Virus record (IMG/VR): IMGVR_UViG_3300021400_000091
Span: 1 to 64,000 of that record
Strand: one strand, 5' to 3'
Source of the DNA: a virus
Taxonomy: Duplodnaviria > Caudoviricetes
DNA length: 64,000 nt
The first letter of the stretch is position 1. Each line of letters opens with the position of its first letter. Made by a program: the position numbers and the translations under genes. Below, in pieces: positions 48,879 to 58,963 of the stretch. Under the pieces are notes generated by a model. The model was not told the origin of the DNA, searched no databases, and worked only from the letters and a program-made list of their open reading frames with translations.

Positions 48879-50066
48879 ATGGGAAGAACTATAAATAGTG
48901 GTAAATTAACAAAACAATATGTTCTCTCTAAAGTTAGCCAAATAACTATTTTTAGTACTTATCTTGGATTATCAGATTCTATAATTCAACATTGTATAGA
49001 AACTGGTGAGTTAATTCGTTCTCCATTAAGAATTGATGCTCATCCAACTTGCGGATTTAGATATGATAAAAAAGGTAAACTTAAATTTAGAGATTTTGCT
49101 GGATATTTTTGGGGAGATTGTTTTGATTTAGTAGCTTATGTTATTAGTAATATAACAGACAAAAAGATAGATGTTTCTGATAAAAAAGATTTTATAGGAG
49201 TTTTGACCCATATAACTCGAGTTTTTAAAGATATATTTTATGGCAAAGAAAGAGATGTAAATCTCATAAACGAAATAAACACTTCTATTGATTCTATCAA
49301 AAATAAAAAGAATATAATAGAACTAGTAACTAGGGATTGGAATAATGATGATGTAAAATATTGGAAACAATTTGGAATAGGACTAAAGGATTTAAATATC
49401 AATTTTGTATATCCTGTTGATCAATTCTATGTGAATAGAAAAATAAATCCTAAACCCAAATATTATTATGATGTTAAAGACCCTTGTTATGGTTATTTAT
49501 TAGGCAGAGATAGAAATGGAATTAGTAATATCAAGTTGTATTTTCCTAAAAGAGATAAAGGTTATACTAAATTTATGTGTAATTGTAATCATCTTGAAGG
49601 CATTTATCAACTTGAAAGAAACGATTATAACTGTATTGTTATTACTAAATCTACAAAAGATAGAATTGCAATAGGCTGTGCTGTTAAGCGATACATTTCC
49701 CTCTACGGGGGAATTAATGTAGGCAACATTGGAGTTATTAATATTCCACATGAAACATATCATTTAAGACATAACGAGTATGATTGGCTTACTAGTAAAC
49801 TATCTAAACAAGGAGTTATATTATCTCTTATGGATAATGATAGAACTGGTAAAGTTGAAGCGCTTTGGCTTCGTAAAACTTATGGGATAAAACCTATATT
49901 GATTAATCGTAAATATAATGCCAAAGATTTTAGTGAACTCGTTGCGAATAATGATAAAGATACCGTAGATAGGTTAATTACAGAAACTTTAATGTATTTA
50001 GAAAATGTCAAAGTACAATATCTTAAATACGAGAAAGAACACAATTCTTTGCCGTATTGGAACTAA
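48879..50066 (+). CDS. DNA primase (DnaG-like TOPRIM)
   Basis: SPLRIDAHPTCGF, ITKSTKD, MDNDRTG, AKDFSE motifs. Confidence 0.85.
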   Translation: MGRTINSGKLTKQYVLSKVSQITIFSTYLGLSDSIIQHCIETGELIRSPLRIDAHPTCGFRYDKKGKLKFRDFAGYFWGDCFDLVAYVISNITDKKIDVSDKKDFIGVLTHITRVFKDIFYGKERDVNLINEINTSIDSIKNKKNIIELVTRDWNNDDVKYWKQFGIGLKDLNINFVYPVDQFYVNRKINPKPKYYYDVKDPCYGYLLGRDRNGISNIKLYFPKRDKGYTKFMCNCNHLEGIYQLERNDYNCIVITKSTKDRIAIGCAVKRYISLYGGINVGNIGVINIPHETYHLRHNEYDWLTSKLSKQGVILSLMDNDRTGKVEALWLRKTYGIKPILINRKYNAKDFSELVANNDKDTVDRLITETLMYLENVKVQYLKYEKEHNSLPYWN

Positions 50067-50499
50067 ACTTGACCCAGGAGTTATTGTAATGCAACAAATT
50101 ACTCCAAAGCAAGAAGAAGAAATAGATAATTCAGTAAATGAAAATGTTTATAAAAAAAGTAGATTTTATTTTAATGAAGATTTCTTTGTAGAAGGTAAAG
50201 AAATTCTTGCTTATGGCGAGATTAATTTAAAAAATAAAGATGATATAGACTTAATTAGAAATTTACCTATTATAGATGATAATGTTATGGATTGTAAAAA
50301 TGTTATTCCAACTACTTTTGATTATGACGCCGGCACTATAGATGGAGTAAATCCTTGGACTCATACCTGGGATAATCTTTTATGGTTTAAATATCATCAT
50401 TGTATAATTGGTAAACCTAAAAGAATTATAATTTATAAAATTAGTAGAAAGAATTATAATAGACTAAATGAATTATACAGAATGGAGAACACTAAGTAG
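50005..50499 (+). CDS. Hypothetical protein
   Basis: 164 aa in operon. Confidence 0.6.
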   Translation: MSKYNILNTRKNTILCRIGTKLDPGVIVMQQITPKQEEEIDNSVNENVYKKSRFYFNEDFFVEGKEILAYGEINLKNKDDIDLIRNLPIIDDNVMDCKNVIPTTFDYDAGTIDGVNPWTHTWDNLLWFKYHHCIIGKPKRIIIYKISRKNYNRLNELYRMENTK

Positions 50500-50974
50500 T
50501 AATCTTAATAGTAAATCTGCAATTGTATTATGTGAAGAACTATTAAGATGGCATAGTGCAAAAAGAAGAGGTCTTAATTTTGAAACTGACTATACTACAA
50601 GAAATTATGAAGAGTCTTTCAAAAATGCTTTTACCTATTATCTTAATCATATCTACAATCCTTTTACTTATAATAAAATGTATAATATGTTTCTTGCAGT
50701 TCATGAAGAAAATATTATAATAAAGGATGCTAGTATTGGAATAGAAAAGGCTAAGGTTAAGACTACAAGTAAGAAATCAAAACCAAAAAATCAATATTAT
50801 AAGCTAGAAAGTAAAGATATTTTTGGTAATACTACTTATAACTATGTTAATCCTAAAACTGGAGATAGTTTCTTTAGTGATGACCCAAATCTTCTTGATG
50901 AACTCAATAAGAAGAAAGTTAAAACTAATGTAGTATCTCTAGATAATATGACATTTAGCTTTAAAAAGAAATGA
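50468..50974 (+). CDS. Hypothetical protein
   Basis: 168 aa in operon. Confidence 0.6.
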   Translation: MNYTEWRTLSSNLNSKSAIVLCEELLRWHSAKRRGLNFETDYTTRNYEESFKNAFTYYLNHIYNPFTYNKMYNMFLAVHEENIIIKDASIGIEKAKVKTTSKKSKPKNQYYKLESKDIFGNTTYNYVNPKTGDSFFSDDPNLLDELNKKKVKTNVVSLDNMTFSFKKK

Positions 50975-51312
50975 AAGATGAGATAATTGTTTGCAAATGT
51001 GCAGAGATAAATCATTGTTGTATTATTACATACAATGAAGAAGATAAAGAAGTTTATCTAAATATTCATTTAAATAGACTTCCTTTTTGGAAGAGATTAA
51101 GATATGGAATTAAATATATCTTTGGTTATAGAAGCACTTTAGGTGAAGGTGCTTTTGCTGAAGTAATTGTAGGAGAAAAAGACTGGAAAAAGTTTAAGAA
51201 GATTTCATATATGCTTAAACCTGAAAGTATAGAGAATAATCCAAAGATTAGAAAAGGTATAGAAAAGATTGTTGGTAATAACAAAAAACAAGATTATGAT
51301 GTACACCTTTAA
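50971..51312 (+). CDS. Hypothetical protein
   Basis: 113 aa; CKC..H, FWKRLRYGIKYIFGY. Confidence 0.6.
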   Translation: MKDEIIVCKCAEINHCCIITYNEEDKEVYLNIHLNRLPFWKRLRYGIKYIFGYRSTLGEGAFAEVIVGEKDWKKFKKISYMLKPESIENNPKIRKGIEKIVGNNKKQDYDVHL

Positions 51313-52528
51313 TTGGATTAAAGCTCTTTATAGAAGAAATAACTATAATGAGCCATGTGTTTGGGCTATAGAGAAATTTGATGATACTAGTCTAGATATA
51401 TATCATGGTATAGTTGGAAAAAAGTTAATTAAAGAAGTAATAGTTACTCCCAGAAGTTTAGATGCTGAGATTAAATCTAGAGTTAATGCTAAACGAAAAG
51501 CCGGATATAAATATCTTTATGAAATTAAAGATAATGTTAATCTGCCCGTAGAGGGAGAGTTACTGAATTATCTCAATACATATCTTCCTATAGATAGAAC
51601 TAATAGTGAAGGTAATCTATTACCTATGCTAGCAAAAGTATTTGATAATACTAGAAATAAACTATTTAAGAATGTTGCTAGTTATATTGGTCAATGGAAA
51701 ATAAATGGATTGAGATGTTTTATTAAAGTAGAAATTAATGAAAATGATTTATTTAATAAATACAAACTTATATTTCAATCTAGAGAAGGAACTATTTGGA
51801 CTAGTTTAAATAATTTAGAGCAATATCTTCTTTCAGTTATAGATGATAAACTTCTTAAACATATGTGGGAACAACATATAGCTTTAGATGGAGAATTATA
51901 TATTCCTAATTGTACAGTGAATCAAATTAATCATTATGTAAAAGATCCTACTAGTTTTAGAAATAAAGATGTTCAATATTGGTGTTATGATTTAGCTGCT
52001 GAAGATACGCCACAGTATAGAAGAACTTATATTCTTCGTTCTTCATTTGCTAATTTTCTTATTGATATTAAATCTAAAGAAGAACATCTTGCTAATACTA
52101 ATAGATTCGTAGTTCTTCCTACGTTTTTAATTTATTCAGAAGATGATGCTTTTAATTATAGAAATGAATTTATAGATATTGGCTTTGAAGGTCTTATTAT
52201 GCGTCATCCTGATAAAGAATATCAATTTGGTAAACGTAATGGTTCTATGATTAAATATAAAAGAACCACTGATGGTGTGTTTACTATTGTTGATATTTAT
52301 CCAGAAGGAGGAATAAGACATGAAATACCTTTATTCAAATGTAAAAATGATATTAATAATGAGACATTTGAAGTACATATTAATGGAACACTAGATTCTC
52401 AAGCCTATTATCTTAAACATAGAGATGAATATATAGGTAAAAAGCTATATATTAGCTATGGTGAAAGAAGTGGAGTTAATCAAGTTCCATTTCATGTAAA
52501 GGAAGTTAAACTCTATGGAAATAGTTAA
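51269..52528 (+). CDS. ATP-dependent DNA ligase
   Basis: Motif I QWKINGLRC, LDGELY, EGLIMR, KRNGSMIKYK. Confidence 0.9.
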   Translation: MLVITKNKIMMYTFNWIKALYRRNNYNEPCVWAIEKFDDTSLDIYHGIVGKKLIKEVIVTPRSLDAEIKSRVNAKRKAGYKYLYEIKDNVNLPVEGELLNYLNTYLPIDRTNSEGNLLPMLAKVFDNTRNKLFKNVASYIGQWKINGLRCFIKVEINENDLFNKYKLIFQSREGTIWTSLNNLEQYLLSVIDDKLLKHMWEQHIALDGELYIPNCTVNQINHYVKDPTSFRNKDVQYWCYDLAAEDTPQYRRTYILRSSFANFLIDIKSKEEHLANTNRFVVLPTFLIYSEDDAFNYRNEFIDIGFEGLIMRHPDKEYQFGKRNGSMIKYKRTTDGVFTIVDIYPEGGIRHEIPLFKCKNDINNETFEVHINGTLDSQAYYLKHRDEYIGKKLYISYGERSGVNQVPFHVKEVKLYGNS

Positions 52529-52865
52529 ATATGACATAATAGATAAAATTGTTAATAAAAACAAACCTTTCTTCGATAAGAAGAGAGGTTTTTTTGTATT
52601 TAGAATTGATGACAAAGAATATAATTATTTTTTACAAGCTAAACAAAGTAATAAATATGGTGATTATGATTATTTTATATTATTAGGAAAAGATAAATTT
52701 CATAATAGTTGTAAAAAATGTTATAAAGATGATATTGGTAGATATAAAATTAGACTAACTAAAGAATTAAAAGAATATGTTAGTAATACAATAGAAGATA
52801 CACCTAATTTTGAACTTAATTATATCGAGTCATTGGATTCTTGTGATGTGTGGCAAATAATCTAA
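52515..52865 (+). CDS. Hypothetical protein
   Basis: 116 aa in operon. Confidence 0.6.
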   Translation: MEIVKYDIIDKIVNKNKPFFDKKRGFFVFRIDDKEYNYFLQAKQSNKYGDYDYFILLGKDKFHNSCKKCYKDDIGRYKIRLTKELKEYVSNTIEDTPNFELNYIESLDSCDVWQII

Positions 52866-53013
52866 AATTTGCTGCCTAGCGTTGCTTATACGAGCGTTTT
52901 ATGTGGGGAATGAGTAACTATATTACTCCACATTTAACGCCCGCAGAAAGGCTGTATTTAAGTCAAAATAATTCACGTTTTTACGAAATATTTTGTAAAT
53001 TTGCTGAAAATAA

Positions 53014-53271
53014 TTGATATTGAATATGATTGATATAAGTGATATTCTTGAACGAATTGAAGAAACTGATAATTCAAGAGTAGATAAATGTGTTATGTAC
53101 TCTGAAATAGTATTATTTCTACAAAGTTGGATTAACAGTTTTGAAGTTCGTGATACTGGGAATAAAATTCATAATGTTGTTCTTAATAGAATAATCACTG
53201 AAATAAATTCTCAAGTATTAAATTTACAAGATGAAGTAAAAAACTTTATAGCATTAAATTTAATAAAATGA
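53014..53271 (+). CDS. Hypothetical protein
   Basis: 85 aa ORF after TAAATTTG element at 52996-53003. Confidence 0.55.
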   Translation: MILNMIDISDILERIEETDNSRVDKCVMYSEIVLFLQSWINSFEVRDTGNKIHNVVLNRIITEINSQVLNLQDEVKNFIALNLIK

Positions 53272-53474
53272 GTAATATGTTTCCTTTTATACAAGTTGAT
53301 GTTAAAGGTTATGATGAACCACATTATATTAATGTCAACTTAATTGCAAGAGTTTATAGAGGAAAAGATAGACAAATATTTGTACAATTTATTGATGGTA
53401 CTACTATAGAACTTGAAGAAGGTTCTCTTATTACAGTAACAATGAGAAAAATTAAAGAACTATATGAAAACTAA
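53268..53474 (+). CDS. Small hypothetical protein
   Basis: 68 aa; YINVNLIARVY. Confidence 0.55.
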   Translation: MSNMFPFIQVDVKGYDEPHYINVNLIARVYRGKDRQIFVQFIDGTTIELEEGSLITVTMRKIKELYEN

Positions 53475-54201
53475 AATTGTAGCAGTTGCTGGAAAGAAAG
53501 GCAGTGGTAAAGATACAGTGATTAGTATGATTCATTATATTAATACTGTTGGTACTATTGCTAGTTATGAAGGATGGGTAGAGCGTAGTTCTTCCCTTAC
53601 GGGGAGTTTATCATTAGTTAAAGTTGCTTTTGCTGATCCTCTTAAAGATATTCTTGCAGGAATGTTTAAAATACCTAGAGCATATTTTGATGACAGAATA
53701 CATAAGGATTTAACTTACTTTTGTCCACATAATGGTAAATTTGTTACTTGGGCTGATATTCCAAAATTTAATTACCTTTATATATGTAAAGATGAATACG
53801 ATTTATTTGAGTTTGCTGATTTTATTAATAGTGAACTTAAAGTTAAAGGTAAATATATTGTTCTCAAATTAAGAGAACTTATGCAATATTTTGGAACAGA
53901 TATTTGTAGAAAAATTCTAGGTGAAGATATATGGATTAATATTACTGAAAATACAATAAAGCATTTGACTAAAGTTCATAATGTTTGTTATGTTTCTGAT
54001 GTTAGATATAAGAATGAAGCAGATTTAATATGTGAACTTGATGGTAGAATAATTAAAGTTATTAGAAATGAGGATGATGAAGATGAATACTCTCATGATT
54101 CTGAAATTGTAGACATTAATCCACATATTATTATATATAATAACAAGAGTCTTGTAAACCTATTTTATCAAGTACTTCAAATAACACAGGATGTATTATG
54201 A
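53464..54201 (+). CDS. Deoxynucleoside monophosphate kinase
   Basis: GKKGSGKDT P-loop, FADPLK, RELMQYFGTD, SDVRYKNE. Confidence 0.88.
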   Translation: MKTKIVAVAGKKGSGKDTVISMIHYINTVGTIASYEGWVERSSSLTGSLSLVKVAFADPLKDILAGMFKIPRAYFDDRIHKDLTYFCPHNGKFVTWADIPKFNYLYICKDEYDLFEFADFINSELKVKGKYIVLKLRELMQYFGTDICRKILGEDIWINITENTIKHLTKVHNVCYVSDVRYKNEADLICELDGRIIKVIRNEDDEDEYSHDSEIVDINPHIIIYNNKSLVNLFYQVLQITQDVL

Positions 54202-55016
54202 TTATAGTCGAACCTAAAGCCGAACTTTGGAAACAAGGCGAAGATATTAAAGCACATATTGTTAGATGTGCTAAAGTATGTTATAGAAGTGAAAGAGATG
54301 TAGATAATGATAAATTTTTAGATGCTCGTATTAAAGGTGGTCACTTATCTATATTTAGACATGGTACTAGATATTATAAAATTCCACTTAGTAAACTTAC
54401 TGATTATATAGAAACAATAATATCTAATAATATTCTTATTAATTATATATATATAGAAAGTTATGTATATCTTGCTATTAATTGTCAGTATCTATTAAAC
54501 AATGAATTTTTTAGTAATATTATTGAAGAATTTAACATAGATATTATAGAAGCTGAAAATAATGAAATTATTTTTAGATATATATTTAGATATAGTTTTT
54601 ATTTGCAAACTCAAATTTCAACAACTAGAGAACTTAATAGAGTTAGTCCTAATAATATATTAGAAGAAAGTACTAGATATGTAGACCAAGGAACTATATG
54701 TAGACCTTGGTGGTTTGATTTGCCAAATAAATATGATAAACGTATTAAAAATAGATACATTAATTCTGTAAATAATTCATTTTATAATTATGAAATTAAT
54801 TTAATGGAAGGTATGAGTAAACAAGATGCTAGAGGATTATTACCTTTAGATACTTGTACTCATGTTGTTTATACTTATTCAATTAAAGAATGGAGAGATA
54901 TTATAGATAAAAGATATTATGGTACTACTGGCAAACCACATCCAAATTGTGTTGAAATAATGGAACAAATTGTTAATCTTTTAAAAGAAGAAGGTCATGA
55001 GTTTCGAGATAGGTAA
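54198..55016 (+). CDS. thyX: Flavin-dependent thymidylate synthase (divergent motif)
   Basis: GHLSIFRH, STTRELNR..EESTRYV, QDARGLLP, HP. Confidence 0.8.
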   Translation: MIIVEPKAELWKQGEDIKAHIVRCAKVCYRSERDVDNDKFLDARIKGGHLSIFRHGTRYYKIPLSKLTDYIETIISNNILINYIYIESYVYLAINCQYLLNNEFFSNIIEEFNIDIIEAENNEIIFRYIFRYSFYLQTQISTTRELNRVSPNNILEESTRYVDQGTICRPWWFDLPNKYDKRIKNRYINSVNNSFYNYEINLMEGMSKQDARGLLPLDTCTHVVYTYSIKEWRDIIDKRYYGTTGKPHPNCVEIMEQIVNLLKEEGHEFRDR

Positions 55017-55350
55017 AAAGTATTTTGGAATACTTCATCTAGATAAAATGGGTATTAATACTCCAAACGACATTCCAATATGTTTACATACAAAATATGG
55101 GAATCTTTATGTTATAAAAAAAGATGATGGTGGTTGTCTTGAATGTATTGGAGATATAACAAATTGTCTTAGTTGTGATAATGTTCATTGTTCAACTGTG
55201 TTAATTAAGAAATATAATAAACATAATGAAAAGGTATTACTTAGTTTTATAAAAGATAGAATTGAACATATGAAAACAACAAATCCTGAAAATGACTGGA
55301 GTTTATTTTATCTAAATAAATTAACATCATATTTATATCACGCAAGATGA
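54997..55350 (+). CDS. Cys-rich hypothetical protein
   Basis: 117 aa; CLEC..CLSCDNVHC. Confidence 0.55.
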   Translation: MSFEIGKKYFGILHLDKMGINTPNDIPICLHTKYGNLYVIKKDDGGCLECIGDITNCLSCDNVHCSTVLIKKYNKHNEKVLLSFIKDRIEHMKTTNPENDWSLFYLNKLTSYLYHAR

Positions 55351-55505
55351 AAAGATTAATGTGTATTTTAGGTTTTCATAACTATGAAGTCATCAAAGAA
55401 GAAGACTTAGTTATGTTTGATAAAGTTATTGGTAAGATTATTATCAGTAGATGTATTCATTGTGGAAAAATCAAAGAATATGTATATCATACTGTAAAGT
55501 ATTAA
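55347..55505 (+). CDS. Small zinc-binding protein (DUF1660-like)
   Basis: Hand-translated MKRLMCILGFHNY...SRCIHCGKIK. Confidence 0.55.
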   Translation: MKRLMCILGFHNYEVIKEEDLVMFDKVIGKIIISRCIHCGKIKEYVYHTVKY

Positions 55506-55517
55506 GTTATATTAGTT

Positions 55518-56282
55518 ATGGCAAGTATTTATGATATTAGTTCTGACCTTCTAGAACTATTTCAAGCAATTGAAGAACAAGAAGGAGAAATTACTGAAGA
55601 GCAAGAGAAAGTATTAGAAATTAAAGAAGAAGAACTTTCTGATAAACTTCAAAAGTATGCTCAAGCAGTAAGGCAATTTGAATTAGATATTAACTCTTGC
55701 AAAGAAGAAGAGAAACGTATTAAGGCTAGAAGAGATGTTTATACCAAACGAATTGAACGACTTAAAAAAGTAATGCTTGATGCTGTTCAAATGTTTGGTA
55801 AAGAAACAAAATCTGGTAGTAAGTATATTGAATTACCTACTATGAGATTAGGAACTAGAAATAGTACATCTGTTACATTAGATGAATATAGAGAACAAGA
55901 GATTATTGATAGAACTATTCAGTATGTAGATGAATTACTTGATGAAGGTATATTTGATATAGATAATTTTGATATGGAAGGATTCTTACAAGCGCTAAAC
56001 GCTAATTATAAAGCAGAATTTGAAGCTAATCCATTTAATGCTGATAAAGAATTTATTCCTATTACTGCAAATGATTTAATTAGTATAAAGTGTAAACTTG
56101 TTTTTGATAGTAAATTAATTGATTTATTAAGACGTGGACAATTACTTATAGCACATAATGCTATATATGTTGATTCATCTTGTGAATGTAATACTAGTAA
56201 AACTGAGATGAAAGAAATATTAAATGATAAAGAAGTTACATTTGCAGAATTAAATAACAATGTATCATTAACAATGAAATGA
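55518..56282 (+). CDS. Siphovirus Gp157-like protein
   Basis: MASIYDI..EQEGEITEE..KEEEKRIKARR..ERLKKVM..LGTRNS. Confidence 0.75.
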   Translation: MASIYDISSDLLELFQAIEEQEGEITEEQEKVLEIKEEELSDKLQKYAQAVRQFELDINSCKEEEKRIKARRDVYTKRIERLKKVMLDAVQMFGKETKSGSKYIELPTMRLGTRNSTSVTLDEYREQEIIDRTIQYVDELLDEGIFDIDNFDMEGFLQALNANYKAEFEANPFNADKEFIPITANDLISIKCKLVFDSKLIDLLRRGQLLIAHNAIYVDSSCECNTSKTEMKEILNDKEVTFAELNNNVSLTMK

Positions 56283-56716
56283 AATGTGTAAATCATTGTC
56301 CTTTTAGAATTAAAATAACTAGGGCACTTGAAGTTTCTAGATGGGGTACAAAGAAACAATTTAAAGAATCTAGTATCCCATCTAGATTTAATAATGAAAA
56401 TGTTTCTATATTTGTAAAATCTGGAGGAGGATATATAACAGGTAAATATTTACCTTCTCAATTATATTATGATAGAGATTTTGATGATTTTGAAGAAATG
56501 GATAGAATGAATAATTATATTGATCCTATAATAATTCCAGTTACATCATTGTATGATGCTATTTTAAATACTTATATATTTGTATGTGATATTAAAATAC
56601 TAAATGAATATATAGAAACATTAAAACAAATTCATATTGTTGAATTTGAAGTTAATGAAGAAATAAAAAACCAACATTATATTATTAATCACAGAACAAT
56701 AAATTATGGAAACTAG
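56279..56716 (+). CDS. Hypothetical protein
   Basis: 145 aa in operon. Confidence 0.55.
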   Translation: MKCVNHCPFRIKITRALEVSRWGTKKQFKESSIPSRFNNENVSIFVKSGGGYITGKYLPSQLYYDRDFDDFEEMDRMNNYIDPIIIPVTSLYDAILNTYIFVCDIKILNEYIETLKQIHIVEFEVNEEIKNQHYIINHRTINYGN

Positions 56717-57728
56717 AGGAATGCCTTTTGTTTTTGGAGGAGTTAAAAATGTCGACGACTGCAAAACTGCTGAAGAGGTTATTGAAAAAGCTGGTTTAAA
56801 TTGGGATGTTAGGAAAGCTGAAATATATGCTATGATTCCTAATGCAAAAACTATATGTCCTGGTGGTATATATGCCAATTCAGGAGTATATAATCCTGTA
56901 GAAAATATGTATGCTACTTATAGAAGCGATACTGGGCAACCACTTGGTATTGTTAAAGGTAGATATGAACCTGTGCAGAATAGAGATGCTTTTAAATTCT
57001 TTAATGATGCTATTGGTAAGAATGAAGCAATTTGGCAAACTGCTGGATGTTGTGATGGTGGTAGTAGAGTATTTGTTAGTGCTAAGTTACCTAATACAAT
57101 TACAATAAATGGAGATCCGGTAGATAATTATTTAGTATTTGTAACTAGTCATGACGGAAGTACTGGTGTAAAGATTATGCTTACCCCAATTAGAATCTTT
57201 TGTCAAAATTGTTTAAATGCTGCTGTTAAAAATGCTGATAGTTATATTAGTTATAGACATACTAAGAGTGTTCATAAAAATATAGATTTAGCTCATGAAA
57301 TTCTTGGTATTTGTAATACTAAGATTAAGAATTTACAGTTAGTTTATGATTTACTTGGTAAAAAGGAAATGAGTGATGCTAAAGCACAAGAAGCATTTTG
57401 TGATTTAATTTTAACTGACGCTGAGGTTCAACAACTTGCTGATACAGGTCATACCAAGTTTGAAATTGTTAATAGAAATTATAGAGCTATTAACGATAGC
57501 GGAATATCTATGAAGAAAGTTAATACTATTAGTAATCTAAATGATTATTATTATAATGGTATTGCTCAGAAGGAAATAGTCGGTACAGCATGGGGAGTGT
57601 ATAATGCTGTTACAGGTTATTATTCAAATGTAGACAATGTCGAAGGACAAAAGAGATTTGATTCTCTTCTGTTTGGAGATAAAGCTAACAAAATTAAAGC
57701 ATTTAGTGATTATTTACTTGAAGTTTAA
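56706..57728 (+). CDS. DUF932 family protein
   Basis: AGLNWDV, LGIVKGRYEPVQNRDAF, TSHDGS, TPIRIFCQN, RHT, GTAWGVYNAVT. Confidence 0.85.
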   Translation: METRGMPFVFGGVKNVDDCKTAEEVIEKAGLNWDVRKAEIYAMIPNAKTICPGGIYANSGVYNPVENMYATYRSDTGQPLGIVKGRYEPVQNRDAFKFFNDAIGKNEAIWQTAGCCDGGSRVFVSAKLPNTITINGDPVDNYLVFVTSHDGSTGVKIMLTPIRIFCQNCLNAAVKNADSYISYRHTKSVHKNIDLAHEILGICNTKIKNLQLVYDLLGKKEMSDAKAQEAFCDLILTDAEVQQLADTGHTKFEIVNRNYRAINDSGISMKKVNTISNLNDYYYNGIAQKEIVGTAWGVYNAVTGYYSNVDNVEGQKRFDSLLFGDKANKIKAFSDYLLEV

Positions 57729-57730
57729 TT

Positions 57731-58180
57731 ATGGATGTAAAGTTCAAAAAACTTGTTGATGGAGCAGTTACTCCAAAGTATGCCAAGCCAGGTGATGCTG
57801 GAATGGATTTAGTTGCTGTGAATTATAAATATGATGAAGAATTAGATAATCATATTTATGGAACTGGTATTGCGATTGAAATTCCTGAAGGTTATGTTGG
57901 TTTATTATTTCCTAGAAGTTCCAATAGAAAAACTAGTGCTTATATGACTAATCATGTTGGCATTATTGATTCTGGATATAGAGGAGAAATTATGGTAACC
58001 TTTAAGCAAAGAGATTTCAATGGTGATCCGATTACTGATGAAACTCCAACTCCATATAAAGTTGGTGATAGAATTGCTCAATTAATTATTATGCCTTATC
58101 CACAAATTAATCTAGTTGAAACAGATGAGCTTTCCGAAACTGAGCGAGGAACAGGTGGGCATGGCAGTACAGGAGCTTAA
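57731..58180 (+). CDS. dut: dUTPase (trimeric)
   Basis: AGMDL, PRSS, GIIDSGYRGEI, RIAQL, RGTGGHGSTG. Confidence 0.95.
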   Translation: MDVKFKKLVDGAVTPKYAKPGDAGMDLVAVNYKYDEELDNHIYGTGIAIEIPEGYVGLLFPRSSNRKTSAYMTNHVGIIDSGYRGEIMVTFKQRDFNGDPITDETPTPYKVGDRIAQLIIMPYPQINLVETDELSETERGTGGHGSTGA

Positions 58181-58487
58181 AGGCTTCATTGGCTGTGCTA
58201 AATTTACTCATGTTGAAAAAGGACATACATATTTCATTAGAGATGTTCTAAAATCTAAACATCCTGATACTGGTGAATGGTATTATGCAGTACTATATTA
58301 TCAAGTAGAATCTAAAGAAAGATTTGTAAGGAGTTTAGAATCATTTTTAGAGAATTTTATAATGCTAGATGAAGATATATTTTGTCCTATAAAAAGATGT
58401 TATTGTGAATTTTGTTATATGATTCCTATAACAAAGTATTTCTTTTGTAATAAAGAATTTGAAAACGAAAAATGTTGTAAATCATAA
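58116..58487 (+). CDS. DUF1653-like protein
   Basis: FTHVEKGHTY..HPDTGEW..VLY..FVRSLESF; true start probably 58161. Confidence 0.6.
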   Translation: MKQMSFPKLSEEQVGMAVQELKGFIGCAKFTHVEKGHTYFIRDVLKSKHPDTGEWYYAVLYYQVESKERFVRSLESFLENFIMLDEDIFCPIKRCYCEFCYMIPITKYFFCNKEFENEKCCKS

Positions 58488-58493
58488 GAAATT

Positions 58494-58778
58494 ATGAAAG
58501 AACTAAAAGATACTGTTGATTTGATGCTGTCTGATGATTATGTAGACAGATTTAAAGCTGAATATTATCAACTAGAAACTAGATTTATTAAACTTGCGTC
58601 GATTGTTGGAAATTGGGATAAACTTAATTTTACCCCAAATATGAGTAGAGAATTTTATATAAAGCAGCTTCATATTATGGCAATGTATTTATATTATTTA
58701 ATCTTTAGAAGTGGCATAGAAAAAGTAAATATTGATAAGAGTGAAAATATAGATGAAATTATCCTTGTATATATGTGA
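58494..58778 (+). CDS. Conserved phage protein (crAss001_48-like)
   Basis: MLSDDYVDRFKAEYYQL..QLHIMAMYL. Confidence 0.65.
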   Translation: MKELKDTVDLMLSDDYVDRFKAEYYQLETRFIKLASIVGNWDKLNFTPNMSREFYIKQLHIMAMYLYYLIFRSGIEKVNIDKSENIDEIILVYM

Positions 58779-58963
58779 TGCCTAAAAAAGTAATTGCCAC
58801 TTATAATATCTTGAATAATTGTTATCAATTTGAATGTCCTACTTGTGAAAAGAAACATATAATGAATCTTTCTATGGAAGAAGAAATGACTCTTGAACTT
58901 GGTTATGGACTTCAAGTTGAATGTAATGATTGCGGACAAGATATAAAGGTATTCATTGAGTAG
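58775..58963 (+). CDS. Small zinc-ribbon protein
   Basis: CPTC..CNDC. Confidence 0.6.
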   Translation: MMPKKVIATYNILNNCYQFECPTCEKKHIMNLSMEEEMTLELGYGLQVECNDCGQDIKVFIE

